The notes under the pieces are model-generated. The model saw only the letters and a list, made by a program, of their open reading frames with translations. It was not told where the DNA came from and ran no database searches. Below are positions 28,201 to 29,331 of a DNA stretch of 29,331 bases, piece by piece. This DNA comes from a virus. Lineage: Duplodnaviria; Caudoviricetes. Numbering within the stretch: position 1 is the stretch's first letter; each line of letters starts with the position of its first letter. Position numbers and translations under genes: made by a program. The stretch is taken from positions 1-29,331 of the IMG/VR virus record IMGVR_UViG_3300032243_001247, one strand, 5' to 3'.

Positions 28201-29331
28201 AAAATTTGGTGGAAGTTGGACAACATCAGATTCATCGACTACGAACAAGGCGACTTGATTTATAGAACCAACAACTGGGGCAAATTGTTCCCAGGCAGTA
28301 CAGTACAGGTATGTGAGTGGGTTGAAAGCAAATATCCTCCCACACAGTACAAGGCCAATGGTGGCGACGGTACTCCGTTGTACAACAATGCGTACTGCGT
28401 GGTGACCACGGTTGTGAACGGTATAATTACTCCAGTTTACTATTATTGGGTCACAGACAAACAGAGTGCTGCCACTAGTAAAAACTACAGCGTATCTGTG
28501 TTGACCAATATTATAGAAAATCCGCAGTTGCAGGGCATTCCGTATGCATTCTTAATGAAGGACAATGCCATTGGTTTGGTAAATGTGCAAGACTACTTGA
28601 ACGACGCCAACAGCGTGTTGCACATTGATTATCAACAGATCACCAGTCACAACAGCGTTCATGCTGAATACGAATTGGTCAATGAAAATCAACCCAATGT
28701 GCAAATACCAAAACGAATCATTGACAAAATGATTGATAGTCTATCGGGCATTGACAGTATAGGTCAAGTTGTGCCTGATCCAACACTAAAAGCATCGGAA
28801 ACAATTGGCCTGGGTATTCGTCCAATCCAGACTCTGGTAATCGATCGTGCTATGGCGGTACAAAACGTTATCAAGTATGTCAACAGCGTACTGATTCAAT
28901 ATCCCATTGTGTATCAGTACAGTTTACTGGGATTAGAAAAAGTAGATCCTATCCCGCCTGCCACCGAATACGACAAAACAGTTGCAGTCATTGACGACAT
29001 TGGCTATATTGATACCAGAGTCAACACAGTTAACCCGTTGCCGGTTGGGTATCGTGTGTTGGTCACAGCCGACAGCAACAACAGCGGACTCTGGACCATC
29101 TACACGTTAAACAGCAATCGTGTGTTCAACATCAGTCGCATACAGTACTACAACACAGCCTTGTATTGGGACCGTGTTGATTGGTATGCCGCCGACTACG
29201 ATCCAACTGGGCGTGTAAATTACACAGTGGCCACGTACAAAGAAGTGGCCGCACTGACCTTGACCGTAGGTGATATTGTCAGAGTCAACTACGATGACAA
29301 CGGCCAATTTGCCATATACCGCGCAAACAGC
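19207..29331 (+). CDS. Giant virion structural protein (gp7-position baseplate wedge/fibre-like), >3375 aa, truncated by the window edge; absent from the ORF track
   Basis: ATG 3 nt after the gp6 stop (MAINSSTLKFLPAIFQTDTNEKFLNATLDQL...GYIGRK). The same frame reads sensibly at the end (RVNYDDNGQFAIYRANS). The track reports no terminated ORF in this frame, which implies no internal stop. Confidence 0.88.
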   Translation, partial: MAINSSTLKFLPAIFQTDTNEKFLNATLDQLTADADLRRVNGYIGRKFAPTYKTTDNYIAEPTAARQNYQLEPSVVVQDKQAGTVSLFSTYIDLIQQINTLGGNTTDHSRLFANESYTFSGLFDFDKFGNYNNYYWLPDGPAAVDVYAGTVDTAETFTVTRNLAANGYNFSGKGAGANPVLTLARGGTYKFNLGQQGNRFWIQSEPGIAGTMATQSNVSTRNVYGVSGNGASVGQVVFSVPRSTAQDYYSKMTQAASVDIATTFSYKQIQHQMLSVLLAQHPDVFDGVVTNLNKKSLIFVNTDIDDALWETPGIFDKTGEPYDSTVYDPGDIVADSHRRGSWIIDLQPSDDDDYLVVLTPDNQVLPNQRVYVASGLTNANQNYWLERTQFYSLVPENTAALNRLYYQDGSDPNLFGVIEIVEADGYSIDVNNNIIGQRAYTSPNGVIFTNGLKVRFDNTVADTAYIDNEYYVEGVGTSIALVKVTDLVTPEAYAANGINTLDYITINRDSIDHNAWSRSNRWFHIDVIQAAAKYNNTVASPDQAYRAQRPIIEFEGHLQLFNAGRVAKTPVDLLVNGNVITDVMTQVEGYPTMGNSYVTVSGITFADGQRVIFADDNDLGIRNSIFVVSVIDTTGGSYADRKLHLTLADDYEVLEGNCINITSGANAGLNFWYNGSTWAQGQLKTKVNQSPLFDIVDATGTSLGDIATYPISSFTGTAVFSYKVGTAANDKVLGFPLSYRNFNSIGDIQFINNFDTEAVTYASGTSTVSVPVNYNFLKQNTNISEYKNRNIWVKNNENTKQYQIFSYAYNGSTNYFPVDIAPEAETVVPYTKVFLNNQLLKSSNYSYTLVGSRPTVRVDYQLLNNNDKIDILIYSKSVSKTGYYEIPNSLDYNSKNSNFSSLTLGQIRNHITKIKENTKLAVEVGSTFSGLRDISYKNNGGNIVQQSAPAMYSNIFLTDKNLNFAQGIDYAAKEYTRFKNKFLELATKLEAVDPNDVAASVDAILKSINVIKNKTFPWYYSDMVPYGDNANIINYSIINPLTKQYEITQVFVDIELSNLAVLVYLNGVQLVNGVDFVFPQDRSAIILDDSITLTAGDSLKIVEYYNTDGSFVPETPSKLGLYPKFAPQQFVDYSYITPVEVIQGHDGSITPVFNDVRDSLLLELEKRIYNNIKINYETHIFDLYDHLPGKFRNNEYTLTEFNQILSNKFLRWVGDNKVDYSTNNYFESGNAWTWNYKKFKDRVDGSTLPGTWRAIFSYFFDTYRPNTHPWEMLGFGQKPTWWEDRYGPAPYTGSNRLLWEDLEAGYIHAGTKAGIDKRFARPGLSQVIPVDDYGSLLSPEKWVTATFDSLKANSSYSVGDQGPVEFAWRTSSYFPYAMQYALALSKPGYYFGSLINVDRYYRNTIIDQLVNKDTHQRITPDTVVINGDTTTGTATRSAGYLNWIRDYVLSLGIDPTVLLKTYLNTVNIQLGYKVGGYTDKNFIEVLAEQGSPTNTSNSIIIPTENYSVQLNASTPIRKAVYSAVVVERSSNGFTVNGYNQNSPYFTIIPSLANNNFYIVEALKRRGVIYKDYQPVKLTVPYGFEFNTEQEVVDFLVSYGRYLTAQGFKFETQDDNLGETRNWVLSAKEFLNWAQQGWQPGSIIVLSPVYNELVNIQPDGVIGTIENTPNGTKVLDQNSNFINNTQFTESRIGNRFVLNSLSDQTICLADFTVIQYEHAILFDNVTVFNDILYVPELGNRQYRLKLIGSKTGSWTGTMSPPGFVYNSTQVDPWQPGVDYLLGSIVQYKNLYYTALDNITASAEFVQNKQWRQINHSNIKTGLLPNFSYNATRLEQVYDVDNLPSDMTFEGYGTSLIGFRKRGYLSNFGLDETSQVKFFQGFIKEKGTLNAITGLTNAKVNEWAGGIDIYEEWALRVGEYGSLNSDQVVELILDETVVTANPAAIELLNNGDIETLSSVVKFHPTDLYRAPANFQKNIFFNRNELADTVSDIQTAGYASLTDVDDTLFSFTTYGSLDTVLNKIGPGYHIWVAKDYTNNWNVYRITETQINVTSLVYNIDNLMTVNFSADPMLTAGDVFAIKAFDSRLDGFYQVYAVNGLTSVQVAITNTATVATSTGVDNSRTSTVKELKTINGYGVYYKLQSVRLNSLIEANGIIPLNGWESGDKLWVDHTTVENDWGVFEKVDAWTPLSKAVTDEAASANANFGTTITSSKLANNFFVGSPNYSNSNGSTGIVKTFSRTGTKVTQTSKFDPRSSSVGRYGQAITASDYVVAVGAPTSNTNRGYVYVHTLSTGTLQILTSNVAAVGDFFGNAVAIGDNNDWLYVGAPGVNSVYVYNLQDSIATRSNTVTYTTTLVANVTSGNANITVSYPSSIDINRIFNGTTVTGPNLPSGTTVVSVNGNSILLSQPASATSNYDTVVVTSNTCQLSYTPASKYALEISDQYNNYIVDVDFTLSGNTITFANPPVDATKISILQANYYTPTGRVVIPTDVVAGDGFGEAVQTTDDGKTLFVGAPGQNSNAGAVYIYKLFEENYNSNLDNLYVSAKSFGTYTKVYVDDVLQVPGLYTVTSGIRLSFVTPLTLGHVVTIVSDQWVLVQKITEPNAAAGNRFGSLITIDHIMGSAFYVSAPNTAQTTKETGAVYRYSDTAKITGSVVAANYPDYIKRSVINGNTFNSNIGIYINNYFVDLSSAVETTNQYDTATPPNLVTPAGYAYPDVCVSLINLARIPSVSATVIPDGFFAITSSRKNNNNKLAIRPNGSNLLDTIGLSVYNLDQVIKHPAGSLGIGFASAIKYSPDTETLLISSTQDSVYYVSEIDTGKTTFDRRSTRPIDAVKSTGSVYMYEMLYDINTGTVNTGTMSYVQHIKSDSLKLNDQFGSCVEVNKDLLLVGSPGNDSVATNAGAVYVYTNIDQKKNWTQIRNREARVDLNNINKLFIYDKLTNLINTSLDYIDPVKGKILGIAEQELDFKTALDPAVYNAGTKAGVAFNNGYHWNERYVGKIWWKLDNIRFIDYEQGDLIYRTNNWGKLFPGSTVQVCEWVESKYPPTQYKANGGDGTPLYNNAYCVVTTVVNGIITPVYYYWVTDKQSAATSKNYSVSVLTNIIENPQLQGIPYAFLMKDNAIGLVNVQDYLNDANSVLHIDYQQITSHNSVHAEYELVNENQPNVQIPKRIIDKMIDSLSGIDSIGQVVPDPTLKASETIGLGIRPIQTLVIDRAMAVQNVIKYVNSVLIQYPIVYQYSLLGLEKVDPIPPATEYDKTVAVIDDIGYIDTRVNTVNPLPVGYRVLVTADSNNSGLWTIYTLNSNRVFNISRIQYYNTALYWDRVDWYAADYDPTGRVNYTVATYKEVAALTLTVGDIVRVNYDDNGQFAIYRANS
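25813..27925 (+). repeat. FG-GAP / integrin-alpha-type beta-propeller repeats inside the giant ORF
   Basis: About 6-7 degenerate protein repeats: FGTT...FVGSPNY, YGQA...AVGAPTS..RGYVYV, FGNA...YVGAPG.NSVYVY, FGEA...FVGAPG...AGAVYIY, FGSL...YVSAP...TGAVYRY, FGSC...LVGSPG...AGAVYVY. Confidence 0.75.

Noticed and set aside
19541-29307. Apparent gene desert with only short ORFs, suggesting stop-codon recoding or pseudogenes
   Set aside because: Explained by one standard-code ORF from 19207 with no stop inside the window. The other genes are full length under the standard code.
1-29331. CRISPR arrays, tRNAs, DGR or IS elements
   Set aside because: No regularly spaced direct repeats, cloverleafs, reverse transcriptase or transposase seen by eye.

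Overview
Fragment of a large tailed dsDNA phage genome with a contractile tail and distant T4-like gene content. No cellular genes, tRNAs, CRISPR arrays or IS elements were seen. A tail/baseplate module makes up most of the window: a partial tape-measure-like gene on the - strand at the left edge, a gp26/gp51-like pair, a gp48/54-like tube initiator, gp53, a gp27-like hub, a gp5-like spike with three peptidoglycan-hydrolase-like domains, gp25, gp6, and a >3375-aa ORF that runs off the right edge and is missing from the ORF track. An oppositely oriented cassette interrupts this module: gp55-like late sigma factor, sulfotransferase-like gene, gp47/Mre11, gp46/Rad50, GIY-YIG nuclease. The most interesting signals are (1) a ~410-nt densely structured non-coding region directly after the GIY-YIG stop, a candidate large ncRNA on the - strand that may work with the nuclease; (2) a canonical -1 slippery site joining the gp26-like and gp51-like ORFs, as in tail-assembly-chaperone frameshifts; and (3) a symmetric bidirectional TAAATA late promoter. 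All family assignments come from motifs recognised by eye, not from database searches.
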